Source: Macrostomum lignano (Eukaryota). From it: a DNA stretch of 64,000 bases. A program made the position numbers and the translations under genes. This document shows positions 20,781-34,334 of this stretch, piece by piece. Each line of letters begins with the position of its first letter. Position 1 is the first letter of the stretch. The notes below the pieces were generated by a model that saw only the letters and a program-made list of their open reading frames with translations, ran no database searches and was not told the origin of the DNA. The DNA is taken from positions 1 to 64,000 of the forward strand of contig NIVC01000557.1 of NCBI GenBank assembly GCA_002269645.1, read 5' to 3'.

Positions 20781-23700
20781 TCAGGGAGGTCTGCCGGTCC
20801 TGTCTGCAGCGTTGTCTTCGGTGGGGAAGACGGAGGCTCGCTTGGTGGCCCGGAGGAACCGGATGAGCCGTGGGATGTTCTCGGGCCGGCAAACATCGTC
20901 CAGGGACGGGTTGGGCCCGAGGTGGTTGAGCCGGTCTCGGTCTCGGTTGTGGCGGGGATGGGGGCCAGGGGCACGGGGCCAAGGGGCGAGCCGGAACAGC
21001 CTGCCTTAGCGAGGAAGTCGGCGAGCTCGTTACCTTTGAAGCCGGCGTGTCCTGGGATCCACGTAAGCCGGACGGTGTTCCTCCGAGCCAGCTTGTTGAG
21101 CTGCCCGATACAGTCGCGGACTGTTCGGGAGTTCGTAGTGGTGTGACACAGGGCCTGCAAAGCGGCCTGGCTGTCAGAGTAGAAGAAAATTCTGTTCTTG
21201 AAGTCCCTGCTGTGGAGCTCAGCTGCACAGGAGCTGATGGCAAGGACTTCGTTCTTGAAGACGCTGGAGAGTCTGCCAGTGTGTTGGGCGTGAGTAGCGA
21301 TCACGCGGCCGTTGATAAGGATACAGACTCCAAAGCCGGATAAACCGTCTTTGGAGGATCCGTCAGTAAAGCAGTGAACCTCCTAAGGGACCCAGCTGTC
21401 GTTGGCGTTCTCCCTAGAGATAGTGACCTTGAAGCGTTGGTAGAGATTGAGGGAGCGCGGCTCAGCGTCCGAAAGGACAGCCGCATTCCCACTCTCCTCC
21501 AGAACTTTAAGGCACAGGTCAGAGTGCGGCAGGAGCTTGCGCTTCGCCATCGCTCTTTGTGGCTTGAAGCTAACGCCAGCCTCGATGAGCCGGCGGGTGG
21601 TTTTTGCAGCCTCGCGACGGACAAAGACAACGACGGAGGCAAAGAAAGGCGTTGAGGCCGTCAAAGGGAGCAGAGAGCGGGGCATTCAGGATCATGCGGC
21701 ACGCACGTCCCTGCACCTTTTTGAGGGCTTTGTGGCAGGTTTTAATCTGCAAGGCGCTGGTCCAGACCAGGCCGGCGTAAGTGACGGCCGGTCGGACCAT
21801 TGCGGTATAGATCCACCAGAGCCACTTCGGGGTGAGGCCCCAGGTGGTGCCGACGGCTCTGCGCAGCTGCGCAAGAATCGCGAGGGCTTTTTTGGTTTTG
21901 GCCTGGACGTGGGTGGACCAGCTCAGCCGGTGGTCCAGCGTAACGCCAAGGCACTTTGTTTGCTTGCAGGATGGGATTTCCACCCCGTAAAGCTTTAGTG
22001 GGCGAATACGCCAGTTAACCCTGCTGGTGAACATGACCGCGACAGTTTTGGTCTCAGAGAGCCTGAGGCCGCACCTGTCCGCCCATTGTTCAGCAGAGCG
22101 AATAAAGTTTTGCAGAAGGTCCCTAAGGGTTTCAGTTGACGGACCGGATGCCACGGCTGTGACATCATCGGCGTAACCAACCTTAAGGATGGGGTCAAGA
22201 TGGCTGTCCTGGAGGAGCTCATCGATGACCATGTTCCAGAGAACTTGAGAGAGGACACCGCCCTGGGGGCTGCCTTTGCAGACGCTTACCGTCCGTTGGT
22301 GGCCCAACAGGTGTGCGGTGGCAGTACGGTGGCTGATCATATACATGATCCACCGGGTGAGGTGCGAGTGGGTTCCTCTAGCACGTAGAGCTCTGTCGAA
22401 AACCTCAAAGAGGACATTGTCGAAGGCTCCAACAATGTCGAGGAAGACAGCGAGAGCGTAGCCATTGCCAAGAACGGCTTTCTCCAGCATGTCGACCAAG
22501 ACATGAAGCGCGCTCTCCGTGGACCTGCCTGCCCGAAAGGCGTGCTGGTTCTCACTGAACGGCTTGTTCTTCAGTTCCACAGAGAGGAGGCGCCAGAGCA
22601 CCAGTCTCTCTAACAGCTTCACCAGTGAGGAGGTGAGGCTAATTGGTCTGAAGGATTTATGGACCGGTAGTCAGTCCTGTCGGCCGGGCTTGGGGATAAA
22701 AACCACCTTGGCCTCGGTCCAGGGTTTCGGAACAAAGCCGAGAGCAATGCAAGCTTTCAGAAGCCGGCAAAGGTTCCGCAGGAAACCGGTGCATTTCACC
22801 GCCTCTCGCAGGAAGGCTGGCACAACGCCGTCCGATCCTGGGGATTTGAAGGGTTTGAAGGAGGAGACTGCTTTAGTAACGCGGTCCTCCGTGATGATTG
22901 AGTCAGCCAGTACGTGTCCGCCCACTGAGTGGTCAGGGGGGTCGGGCCTGGCTGGTTCGTTCGGGAAAAACGCTGTTAGCATCGCTTCCAGTGTTTCTCC
23001 TGGGTTCTCAGTGAGCGAGCCGTCGGCTCTCTTGACTGAGGAGAGTTTGGACATTTTGTCCAGGGTGAGGGCTTTAACGATACTTGAGGTGGGGCGGGAG
23101 CCCTCAAGTTCCTCACAGTATTCGCGCCACTTGTTGGTTTTGGCGTTCCTAACCTGCCTCTTCAACTCGTGGATAGAGTTCAGGTAGGCGGTTTGGTCGG
23201 CCGGGTTTTTAGTTTTTGGGCCCTGCGGTGAAGCCTTTTGGCTCTGCGACGGAGGTCGCCAAGCTGCGGGTTCCACCATGGGGCCGACTGTTTGCCTTTA
23301 TATGCCTTTAGTGGGCATGAGGCTTCGAAGGCAGCAGTGAGCGAGTCCGTAAGTGCGGCCGCAAAATCATCTGCTTCCTCGCAGGTGTTGATGGAGACTG
23401 GAGCGCTAGTGCAACGATAGTTCTCCTCCAGGGCAAGCCTGAAGGCGGTCCAGTCGGTATTCCTAGCATTCCGTTTCCAGTAAAGCTAGCCTGCGTTTCG
23501 AGCGCTGGCCAGCGTGAAAGAGATGAATTACTTGTGATCGGAGAGGGACGCCTCAGGAAACACCCGCCACTCCCTAGTGCTCTGGAAGAGCCTGGGCGTG
23601 GCGAGGGTGGCATCCAACACCTCCGATCGGCGTCCGTTATTGAAGGTAGGGGTACTACCCGAGTTACAGAACTCAAGGGTTGTAGTAGCAATATAAGCCA

Positions 23701-24194
23701 GGAAGTCTTCACCTCTCTGGTTAATATCAGAACTGCCCCAGTGGGTATGGTGGGCGTTGATATCGCCTGCCACAAGCAGCTCATAATTTCTGGTGGAGCA
23801 GAGCTCGACCAGTGTGACAAGCTCCCCTGGGATCATCTCGCCGTCGCGCGGTAGGTAAACCGAGGCGATGAGGGTAGTCCTCCCAGGGAGTGTGTCTTCA
23901 GATTGGATGACGCAGATGTCCCTGGTGGACAGGTAGGTCCGATCTGAGCCATGCGTTAATAGAACTGGACACCATGATGCAGGATCTTGGAGTCAGGTTT
24001 CCCTCCCGGGTGCCAGCGGTTAAACACTGGTAGCCGGTGGGGACATGTTGGGGCCTGCCCCTTAGCGTCCAAGGTTCCTGGATAAGGATAATCCCTGGCG
24101 CGTATTGGTCAGTGTGCTTCAAGAGGTTGACCGAAGCAGCAATGCTGTGCTGCAGGTTGACCTGCAAGCAGTGGATGCCCTGGGAGACGGTCAT
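20781..24194 (-). pseudogene. LINE ORF2: AP endonuclease - reverse transcriptase - RNase H, multiply frameshifted
   Basis: APE: QVNLQH, LIQEPW, GDINAHH..WGS, PTF..GRRSEVLD. RT: KSPGSDG, QHAFRAGRSTE, FLDIVGAFDNV, PQGGVLS, YADD. RNase H: CFTDGS, NEVLAI, YSDSQAAL, WIPGH..GNELAD. Pieces lie in several frames. Confidence 0.92.
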
Positions 24195-24196
24195 GT

Positions 24197-25726
24197 CTAC
24201 TGTCCAGGGGAGGAGAAAAGCAACTCATTCTCAGCCTCATCGGTGAGAGTTGAGTCACCAGTTTCCATTGGCTCAAGCCCAGCCGCCTCCCCAGCCGCCG
24301 CGGAGGCGGACACGGCGCCCACGGCAGGTGAGTCACCTAGCCGCGCTACACCGCCCTCCTCCCCAGCGACTGGGGTACGGCTGCTGCCTTCGCCTTGCGC
24401 CCCGCCGTCGGGAGTCTGAGCTCGGCCGGCAGCGTCCTCCTGGTCGTAATCCCACCAGTTGGAAGGCTGAGCCATGCCGTCGTCCAGTTCCCTCGGCTGG
24501 CTTTCGGTGTTTTTGCGAGCAGCACGAGTCTGCTCGAGGTGAAGTCTCAGAGACTGAGCTTCGTCAAGTGCGCGCTGGATTAGCCCGGACCGCCGGTTAC
24601 TGCGGGCGGGTCTGCGTCCGCGCGAGGCGGACTCAGCAGCGCGAATAGCCTTGTTAGGCTCGGGATCAGGTTGCTGCTGCCGCTTGGCCGGCGGAGCCTG
24701 AGCCCCAGCTCCGGGAGCGGCGCGCTTCCCGTCGTTCTTGGTCTCCACCTTGCCCTCCTCACAGCGGAGGATGGTCAGTTGATGGAGACCAAGGTGGAGG
24801 TTTGTGCCGTGCGGTAGCCGCTTGGCCCATCCCTCCATCAGGCCGAGGATGACGGTGGCCCCGGTCGTGCCCTTGCGGACCGTGCTGTGGTACACAAGAC
24901 CACTGGCGTCGAGATCCAGGTGCCGCTTGAGCAGGAGCTGCCGCAGCTGCTCCCCGGACTTGATCGCACTGTCGGCCGGGACCCAAATCCGATGGCGGAT
25001 GGACTTCGGCCGCTCGCTCTCCAGGGCGAAGGTCAGCTGGCCCAGGTCGCTGTGCCAGTGGAACTTGGGCAGCTGATCCCGCAGGAGCTGGGTGCTCTCC
25101 TCGAATTTGCACCACAGTAGGATGCACCCGTTCGCCTTGGTGGACTTGACGATGTCCACGAAGACGCCCTTCAGGGTTAGGTTGAGCAAGCCCTCGTCGA
25201 TGGTGCGCCATGCGACGTCGAGCTGCTCGGGCGTCAGGTCAAAATCCCCGCCGAGGATCATCACGGCGGGTTGCAGCGGCTGCTTGACCTTGGAGGCGTA
25301 GGACTCGGAGGTCTTGAGCGGGGCCGCTTTTTCCTTGGAGAGCAGTAGGCCGGCAGGGTTGCCCCCCTGAGAGTCCGAGGACACGGCGGTTCCTGACGGC
25401 CCAGCCGCGCCACCGGACTCCCCAGAGGGCCTCCCCGCTGCGGTGGCTCCCGAAGGCCTCACCGCGGCTTGCCCGCCCTCCGCGGACGCAGCAGCAGCCC
25501 GCTTCTCCTGCCGCTTACGGTTGCGGCGGATATTTCGCTGCCGTCGGGACTCGGCCGTGCGCGGTCGGCTAGACTGGGGACCAGGTTGCTCGGCGGCAGC
25601 GTCAGCTGGCCCGGTTGGACCAGGTTGGGCGTTGGTGCTACCAGTGGTAGCTACCGGAGCGGCTGATCCCGGTGGGCCAGAGGCGACCGGGTCAGTTTAA
25701 TTGGTAAAATTGGCTTTAGTGGCCAT
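24197..25726 (-). pseudogene. LINE ORF1 (gag-like nucleic-acid-binding protein) with an in-frame TAA at codon 10
   Basis: ATG at 25726-25724, TAA at 25699-25697, then open to TAG at 24199-24197; basic RRQRNIRRNRKRQEKR patch; stop lies 2 nt before the ORF2 ATG. Resemblance to LOA-type ORF1 (DUF4780-like) is by eye. Confidence 0.75.
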
Positions 25727-26509
25727 AGCTGAAAAGCGGGGGAGGGCTACTCGTTACGCGAGTTGAGTACCCGACTGGCCGACACCCAAGCCAGCCGGTT
25801 TGAAAAAGGGACCGCTAGCGACCGTACTACTCCCCGGCCCTCCAGCCCATCGGCATGGTCAAACACCTTAGGCATTAGAGGGTACGTTAAGCAGCACCAC
25901 GGCCTGCAGGCTGGCGAGCCAGACCCGCATACCCTAATTCGGCCAAAGCCACTGGATGGGTCGCCAGCGCCGGAGCCCAGTCTGTCCAGCAGCCCTAGGG
26001 TCTGCCTTGAACACACGCGGGGACGGGTACCCCTGGGTCGACTTGCGAGACAGCGTGGGGGGGGGGGTCTGCGGCTGCCAGAGGCAAATAGAGAGTGCAG
26101 CCTTGACCTGCTGAAGATAGGGGCAGGCGTGAAGCATCGCAGACCTTAGCTCGTAGGCCTAGTCTGTCTCATACTTCACTGGCATGCTGAATACGCATTC
26201 GCGCGCGTGATCCTCCACAGTTTTAGTCCCCATGTTTTAGCTGGCCTGGTTTTATCTTGGCATTTGAGCCACCCAAAATTCGGAGTTGCAACTCTCGCCT
26301 AGGTAAGCGCGCTCTATAGCCTTGGTCCACCTGCTGTCTCCTCTGGTAGTCTCCCTGCTTTTTGTGTCTCGGCTCTCATCACTGACAGTAGTGGATTGGA
26401 GTCCTGGGGTTGATGTTCGTCCCGAATCGGGAAATACCGGAAATATCGGCTGAGTCCGGGTTCTTCTTGCTTCTTGTGCCCCTCTCCGACCCCTTGGTCT
26501 GGCCCTTAT

Positions 26510-26885
26510 ATAGAGCTGGATATCGAAAAAGCCTTGAGGCTTGCAGCCCTATAGGAGGTTCCACTTATGGCCGGTGTACCTGATAGGAAACTCGCCCATC
26601 GCAATAAGCTTCCAGACTCGCTCCAATATATAAGCCTTTCCGTAGACTAGGATATTTCCTCTCTCGGACCGCTTAAGCTTACTCCAATATTGTTTAGAGC
26701 TGGGTAGCAAAAAAGCCTTGAGGCTTGCAACCCTGCAGAATAATAGGTTTTCCGTTTTCTGGTGGCCCATCTGGTAGGAGACTCGCCCTTGGTAAATATG
26801 CTGCCCAGACTCGCTCCAAAATTAAGCCTTCTCCGTAGACTTCGAGGTCTCCCCGCTCTCGGACCATTTTTTAAACTCCGAGCTT
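26510..26885. repeat. Two diverged ~185-bp tandem repeats upstream of LINE ORF1
   Basis: Shared blocks AAAAAGCCTTGAGGCTTGCA, CCAGACTCGCTCCAA, CCGTAGACT, CTCTCGGACC at offsets of ~185-190. Confidence 0.7.
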
Positions 26886-28533
26886 TTTTTGCGCGCACAC
26901 TCGGGTTTTGTCGTTGGGGGTGGCCTGGGTCTTAGCACCGTCCCTGATTCCACTATGAGTTGGCGGTGTCTTAGTCCATAGGCTTGGGTTGGTAGCACCA
27001 ATAAGGTTTTATCCTGGCCATGACGTCAGGTCCCAATCTGGCCTGCGCGGGCTATATGCCCCTGGTAGATAAGCCCCTGTTTTCTAGCGGCAGAGCCCTT
27101 CCCTGGGCTGATCCGCGGGAGCCCCCTAGGCTACCTACCCTCGTTTAACAACAACAAGCTACTTTCAGTTCAGTAACTTAAGTTAAACAGAAGCATTTTA
27201 ATGTATTTTTAAAGACACGGGCAGGGCTCATTTATTGGCTTTTACCCCCGCTCCCCCCCCCCAGCTTAAACCCTCAAACTTCTCACAGAACCTACCCCTG
27301 CCCCGCCACCCAATTTTTATTACCTTCCTCGGTTGTTCCAGCCTAAATCTGCCATGTACGGTACATTTCAGTGGCTAATGCACATGTACATTATTGCTGA
27401 ACCAATTAGTAAGCTGTTTACGTCTGCAAGCTTGGGCTTCTAAACTTATCAAAGTCATCTAGTAAGCCTGCCTTTATTCTTATAAAATAGCTTAAGTATT
27501 CTTCTTTGCTACTGAACTGAAAGTAAAAAGCTGTGAGCTGGGAGCGACTGGAAGAGCAATGGCATGGAGCCAGGAAATGTTTACACACGACAACTTGATA
27601 AGGTTGTCAAGAGGCCGTACGCTACTATTTTGTATATAGGTGCCAATCTGTCACAACTACTTGATGCAAACGAAGTCTCAACTCTCAAGTCGATCGGGTC
27701 GACCAGCACCGGCCGCAGACCCCTGAGCTCGAACACACACAGATCGCACACGAACACACAACCCGGACTTTTCTTATGCGCTTAGCCGCTCTGCGACACT
27801 TCAAGGGTCAAACTTATGAAAGTACATGTAACTGTGAACAGGGATGCTGAATCGTGTCGTATGCAGAGGGGGGCCAAAGGGGGGCCGCGCCCGCTTATCG
27901 AATTGAACTCTAAATACAAAACCAATGACACGGACCCAATGTTTGTCACCCACCGGCCTAAGCGAGGGCCACTAGCATGAGTATACATACAGTATGTTTT
28001 TTATACTGCTGGTGGTCCTTGGCATTATGACACTGTGTAGAGTAGACGGCGCCGCTCTTAGTTAGCTTCTCTATACATATGCACGATGTATACTAGGGTA
28101 CTTTAACATGCATATGCATCTGCATGGTAATTAACCCGTCCGAGCAAGGAACTATACACTACTGCATTACTTTTTTAGTTGGCATACACACTGCATGTAT
28201 CTATATTCCAAAACGAAAACCCGAAATATAAACTCACTTTCTGGAAAAATCTGCGAATCAATCAGCTCTGTATAATGCATATAGACCCACGCGTACATGT
28301 TCGATCGTTGGAATTCCTTTAAACACTATGCATTATAAATATAGGATAAAAAATTGCAACATTGCATTTAAATTTATGCCTTTACACAATTTTTGCCTTT
28401 TGCATGCAAATTTAAATGTTTAATTCCAAATCATACTACTCTGAATACGTAGTAGTATAAACAGAATTACTTTAGCTTGTAAATAAAGTTGACAAAATAT
28501 TTTTTATAGTTTGTATAAAGCTGCATCTCCGAT

Positions 28534-28897
28534 CCAAAATGAGAGCCTGTGGGCCAAAATGAGAGCCTGTGGGGCCAAAATGAGAGCCTGTGGGGCCAAA
28601 ATGAGAGCCTGTGGGGCCAAAATGAGAGCCTGTGGGGCCAAAATGAGAGCTCGTGGGGCCAAAATGAGTGCCTGTGGGGCCAAAATGAGAGCTCGTGGGG
28701 CCAAAATGAGAGCCTGTGGGGCCAAAATGAGAGCCTGTGGGGCCAAAATGAGAGCCTGTGGGGCCAAAATGAGAGCCTGTGGGGCCAAAATGAGAGCCTG
28801 TGGGGCCAAAATGAGAGCCTGTGGGGCCAAAATGAGAGCCTGTGGGGCCAAAATGAGAGCCTGTGGGGCCAAAATGAATGCCTGTGGCGCTAAAATG
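28534..28897. repeat. 22-bp minisatellite (GGCCAAAATGAGAGCCTGTGGG)~16
   Basis: Direct reading; explains the four repetitive ORFs at 28.47-28.92 kb. Confidence 0.95.
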
Positions 28898-29923
28898 GAA
28901 AATAATGTACATGTATGAAATTAGTCATGTACATGTAGAATTCTTAACTTTATCCCCCCCCACCATAAATCCATGATGACGCCCCTGCTTACATTGTACA
29001 TGTACAGCCGATTTGAAAGAACCGCTCCCTTCTCAGCTTCCTTGTAATATAACATATATGCACTATCAGATACAACTCAGCAGAATGCATCTAACATGTA
29101 TACCCGCGCTTGCCTTGCCAGCACAAGCGCATAAACACGCGCATAAATACGCGCGTAAGCGTTGCGCAGTTATAAAACCGTCAAACACCAACAGCTATAT
29201 CGCTATAGCTAAATCGCTCTGCATGTATAGTAGGAGGACTAGCCTCCTGCCAAGATTAACAACCCTCCAAATTAACTGAAGCAAAGGCCAGCCGATCAAG
29301 GCCCAGTCGCTCGCCATGTTAATACACGGTGTAAAGTGAGGCTAGCTATTTGGAGAAAAAAATTTTACGACTCAAAACTGCATGCATATATAGCGCTCTT
29401 GTGCAGCGGGAGAATTTATGATTCTTTTTAGAATAATTACGCGCTCGTATATATTGTACAGCAGTGTGTGTGTGTGCTGTCTTACACTATACATGGCGCC
29501 CCAGCTCACTGCTTTACAGTTTTCTATACAATAGCTTACGTGTATGTATATATTTATATTTCTATACAGGGTTGCGCATAGAAAATTGGCGGCGGCTTCT
29601 TTGAACAATTTAAAAAAAAACTGTACTCGTAAATATAGTTACTTACCGCGCGCCAGTCCAACTCGAGCTGAATTTTAATATCATATGAGATATGTGCGGA
29701 AGATAAGAATAGAATTAGTATAACTGCTAGGCTGCACAGTAAGGGCTGGGTTAACAGCCACGCTCTGCAAGTGCTGCTTTTATTCACCATCAAGAGTTAG
29801 AGTAAAATTTTCGTTACATATCGCTTCTCTACAGTGGTTCTCCGATTCAGCTTAGCTTTGTATAAGCTCTAGGCGTTAGAAAATACAATTTGGCAAATGC
29901 GGAGTGGCTTCTGTTTAAAGCTG

Positions 29924-32120
29924 CTGATGAGTAGCATTTGGCGCCGATGATGAGTAGGATTTGGCGCTGATGAGTAGGATCTGGCGCTGATGAGTAGGAT
30001 TTGGCGCTGATGAGTAGGATTTGGCGCCGCTGATGAGTAGGATTTGGCGCTGATGAGTAGGATTTGGCGCCGCTGATGAGTAGGATTTGGCGCTGATGAG
30101 TAGGATTTGGCGCTGATGAGTAGGATTTAGCGCCGCTGATGAGTAGGATTTGGCGCCGCTGATGAGTAGGATTTGGCGCCGCTGATGAGTAGGATTTGGC
30201 GCCGCTGATGAGTAGGATTTGGCGCCGCTGATGAGTAGCATTTGGCGCCGGTGATGAGTAGCATTTGGCGCCGCTGAGTAGGATTTGGCGCCGACGATGA
30301 GTAGGATCTGGTGCCGGTGATGAGTAGGATCTGGCGTCGGTGATGAGTAGGATCTGGCGCCGGTGATGAGTAGGATCTGGCGCCGGTGATGAGTAGGATC
30401 TGGCGCCGGTGATGAGTAGGATCTGGTGCCGGTGATGAGTAGGATCTGGCGTCGGTGATGAGTAGGATCTGGCGCCGGTGATGAGTAGGATCTGGCGCCG
30501 GTGATGAGTAGGATCTGGCGCCGGTGATGAGTAGGATCTGGCACCGGTGATGAGTAGGATCTGGCGCCGGTGATGAGTAAGATCTGGCGCCGCTGATGAG
30601 TAGGATATGGCGCCGATGAGTAGGATTTGGTGCCGCCGATGAGTAAGATTTGGCGCCGAAGAGTAAGATTTGGAGCCGGTGATGAGTAGGATCTGGCGCC
30701 GACGATGAGTAGGATCTGGCGCCGACGATGAGTAGGATTTGGCGCCAAGAATGAGTAGGATTTGGCGTTGATGATGAGTAGGATTTGGCCTTGATGATGA
30801 TAGGATTTGGCGCCGCTGATGAGTAGGATCTGGCGCCGCTGATGAGTAGGATCTGGCGCCGCTGATGAGTAGGATCTGACGCCGCTGATGAGTAGGATCT
30901 GGCGCCAGTGAGTAGGATCTGGCGCCAGTGAGTAGGATCTGGCGCCAGTGAGTAGGATCTAACGCCGAAGAGTAGGATTTGGCGCCGCTGATGAGTAGGA
31001 TTTGGCGCCGATGATGAGTAGGATTTAGCGCCGCCGATGAGTAGGATTTAGCACCGCTGATGAGTAGAATTTAGCGCCGCCGAAGAGTAGGATATGGCGC
31101 CGATGAGTAGGATTTGGCGGCGCCGATGAGTAGGATTTGGCGCCGAAGAGTAGGATTTGGAGCCGATGAGTAGGATTTGGCGCCGCTGATGAGTATGATC
31201 TTTTGCCGGTGATGAGTAGGATCTGGCGCCGGTGATGAGTAGGATCTGGTGCCGGTGATGAGTAGGATCTGGCGCCGGTGATGAGTAGGATCTGGTGCCG
31301 GTGATGAGTAGAATCTGGCGCAGGTGATGAGTAGGATCTGGCGCCGGTGATGAGTAGAATCTGGCGCAGGTGATGAGTAGGATCTGGCGCCGGTGATGAG
31401 TAGGATCTGGCACCGGTGATGAGTAGGATCTGGCGCCGGTGATGAGTAAGATCTGGCGCCGCTGATGAGTAGGATATGGCGCCGATGAGTAGGATTTGGC
31501 GCCGCCGATGAGTAAGATTTGGCGCCGAAGAGCAGGATTTGGAGCCGGTGATGAGTAGGATCTGGCGCCGACGATGAGTAGGATCTGGCGCCGACGATGA
31601 GTAGGATTTGGCGCCAAGAATGAGTAGAGTAGGATTTGGCGCCAATAATGAGTAGGATTTGGCGTTGATGATGAGTAGGATTTGGCGTTGATGATGATAG
31701 GATTTGGCGCCGAGAATGAGTAGGATCTGGCGCCGCTGATGAGTAGGATCTGGCGCCAGTGAGTAGGATCTAACGCCGAAGAGTAGGATCTGGCGCCGCT
31801 GATGAGTAGGATTTGGCGCCGCTGATGAGTAGGATCTAGCGCCGACGATGAGTAGGATTTGGCGCCGATGAGTAGGATTTGGCGCCGATGAGTAGGATTT
31901 GGCGCCGATGAGTAGGATTTGGCGCCGATGAGTAGGATTTGGCGCCGACGATGAGTAGGATCTGGCGCCGACGATGAGTAGGATTTGGCGCCGATGAGTA
32001 GGATCTGGCGCCGACGATGAGTAGGATCTGGCGCCGACGATGAGTAGGATTTGGCGCCAAGAATGAGTAGAGTAGGATTTGGCGCCAATAATGAGTAGGA
32101 TTTGGCGTTGATGATGAGTA
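29924..32120. repeat. 20-23-bp minisatellite GATGAGTAGGAT(T/C)TGGCGCC(GCT/GGT/GAC), ~100 copies
   Basis: Direct reading; higher-order duplication of ~870 bp. Confidence 0.95.
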
Positions 32121-32589
32121 CTTGGTTGAAGCACTTCCATACAGTGTTATACCGCATATTGCATCGCGAGGCTCGCGGTTGCGCTCCGCATATTAACTCT
32201 TAGCATTTGGAATTACCCAGGGCAAGAGATTAATACTTTGCTCAAGCACACACGCGTCTGAGTACTTGCATTTGCCTTTTTTCTCTTCTGCTCTTAGTGA
32301 AGTGCGAATTTTATTGAGCATAAAGTTTTGCTTACATATGATGCATTTGTGCAGTCAGCAGTCTAATGGAAACATTAGCTGAACTGCAAATATGCAAATA
32401 TACGCTCGTACAAGCTAGACTGCGATAGATGCGAGAGAATTTAAATTAAGCAAAGTGAATGGTGTCTCGTGTGCACACTTTTCCTTACAAAAAGTTGACT
32501 TAAAGGCGCCCGTTGAATGATTACAAATACTGCATGTTAAACTCATCATTTTTTGCTTTGACAAACATGAAGCTTTGACTCTGAACTCA

Positions 32590-33640
32590 GACTCAGACAC
32601 AGAATCCATGCAGATGAGGACAGACACAGAATCCAGGTGAGGACAGACACAGAATGCAGGAGAGGACAGACAGAATCCAGGTGAGGACAGACACAGAATC
32701 CAGATTAGGGCAGACACAGAATCCAGGTGAGGACAGACACAGAATTCAGTTGAGGACAGACACAGAATGCAGGAGAGGACAGACAGAATCAAGGTGAGGA
32801 CAGATACAGAATCCAGGTGAGGACAGACACAGAATCCAGGTGAGGACAGACACAGAATCCAGGTGAGGACTGACACAGAATCCAGGTGAGGACAGACACA
32901 GAATCCAGGTGAGGACAGACACAGAATCCAGGTGAGGACAGACACAGAATCCAGTTTAAGTCAGACACAGAATGCAGGAGAGGACAGACAGAATCAAGGT
33001 GAGGACAGACACAGAATCCAGGTGAGGACAGACACAGAATGCAGGAGAGGACAGACACAGAATCCAGTTTAAGTCAGACACAGAATGCAGGAGAGGACAG
33101 ACAGAATCAAGGTGAGGACAGACACAGAATCCAGGTGAGGACAGACACAGAATGCAGGAGAGGACAGACACAGAATCCAGGTGAGGACAGACACAGAATC
33201 CAGGTGAGGACAGACACAGAATCCAGGTGAGGACAGACACAGAATCCAGGTAAGGACAGACACAGAATCCAGGTGAGGACAGACACAGAATCCAGTTTAA
33301 GTCAGACACAGAATGCAGGAGAGGACAGACAGAATCAAGGTGAGGACAGACACAGAATCCAGGTGAGGACAGACACGGAATCCAGGTGAGGACAGACACA
33401 GAATCCAGTTGAGGACAGACACAGAATGCAGGAGAGGACAGACACAGAATCCAGGTGAGGACAGACACAGAATCCAGGTGAGGACAGACACAGAATCCAG
33501 GTGAGGACAGACACAGAATCCAGGTAAGGACAGACACAGAATCCAGGTGAGGACAGACACAGAATCCAGTTGAGGACAGACACAGAATGCAGGAGAGGAC
33601 AGACAGAATCAAGGTGAGGACAGACACAGTGAGGACAGAA
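32590..33640. repeat. 23-bp minisatellite (GAGGACAGACACAGAATCCAGGT)n
   Basis: Direct reading. Confidence 0.95.
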
Positions 33641-34334
33641 GATTTTGGCTATTATTTAGAATATTAAACAAAATGCAAGGGTCTCATCTTTACAGAACTC
33701 GGCGCGTTTAAGTATTAAATCCTTTAAATTAATCCAGCGTTACTTGTATATGCAAATTTCAATTGCAGTCTAGACTTCAGAAGCTAAGCTATGTATCCAA
33801 TGGGTATAAACATTAAGACTTGGAAAGTGAGGAAATACTTAATGCTCCTTTATAACTACATGTATGCACACCAGAGGGCAAACCACACCGATCGTAAAAG
33901 TCATTTAACCGCGACTATGGAGGGTCGGAGGGGCGTATAAACCCGAACGGAAACTATAATATTTATGGCATAATTAAGCTCAGCTCAGCTTCATATTGAA
34001 AGCAAGTTTGGCGCATTGTATCGCTTTTGGGGCCAGTTTTGGAGTCTGAGGGGAGGGGAGGGGAGGGGGTTGCGGGTTGAGCCGGTGTTGTAAATCATCA
34101 CCCTACCCCCCCTCTCCCCTGTCTTCAGCAAACGGTCTGACGGTTTTTATTGTTTTCCGGGCGGCGGTCTCTTTGTCTTTTGTTTGTAGCTTCTAGATCG
34201 TTGTTATAATTGCGCAACGTGTCTCTTTGTGACTAGCTAGATTGAGTTCTAGCATATAAAGCTGTTTACATCGAGCTAACAATGGCAACTTTAAGTTATA
34301 AAACAAAGAGTCAAGTTTTAATCTTAAATTCCGT

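Larger units (their letters stand above)
20667..25800 (-). mobile_element. Non-LTR retrotransposon of the LOA/R1 group (Lian-like), decayed; 5' region may extend to ~27150
   Basis: ORF1, then ORF2 with APE, RT and RNase H; 3' end at a short tandem tail (AAGTCAAAGT)2 on the minus strand at ~20667-20686. Confidence 0.9.

Noticed and set aside
20670-25700. Many plus-strand and alternative-frame ORFs over the LINE (and over Frizzled at 35.4-37.5 kb)
   Set aside because: Shadow ORFs of GC-rich coding sequence.
28472-33627. Long repetitive ORFs (GPTGSHF, APQALIL, RRQILLI, LSSPGFCVCPH repeats) as real proteins
   Set aside because: They are translations of 20-23-bp tandem units, open in several frames and on both strands, with no unique domains.
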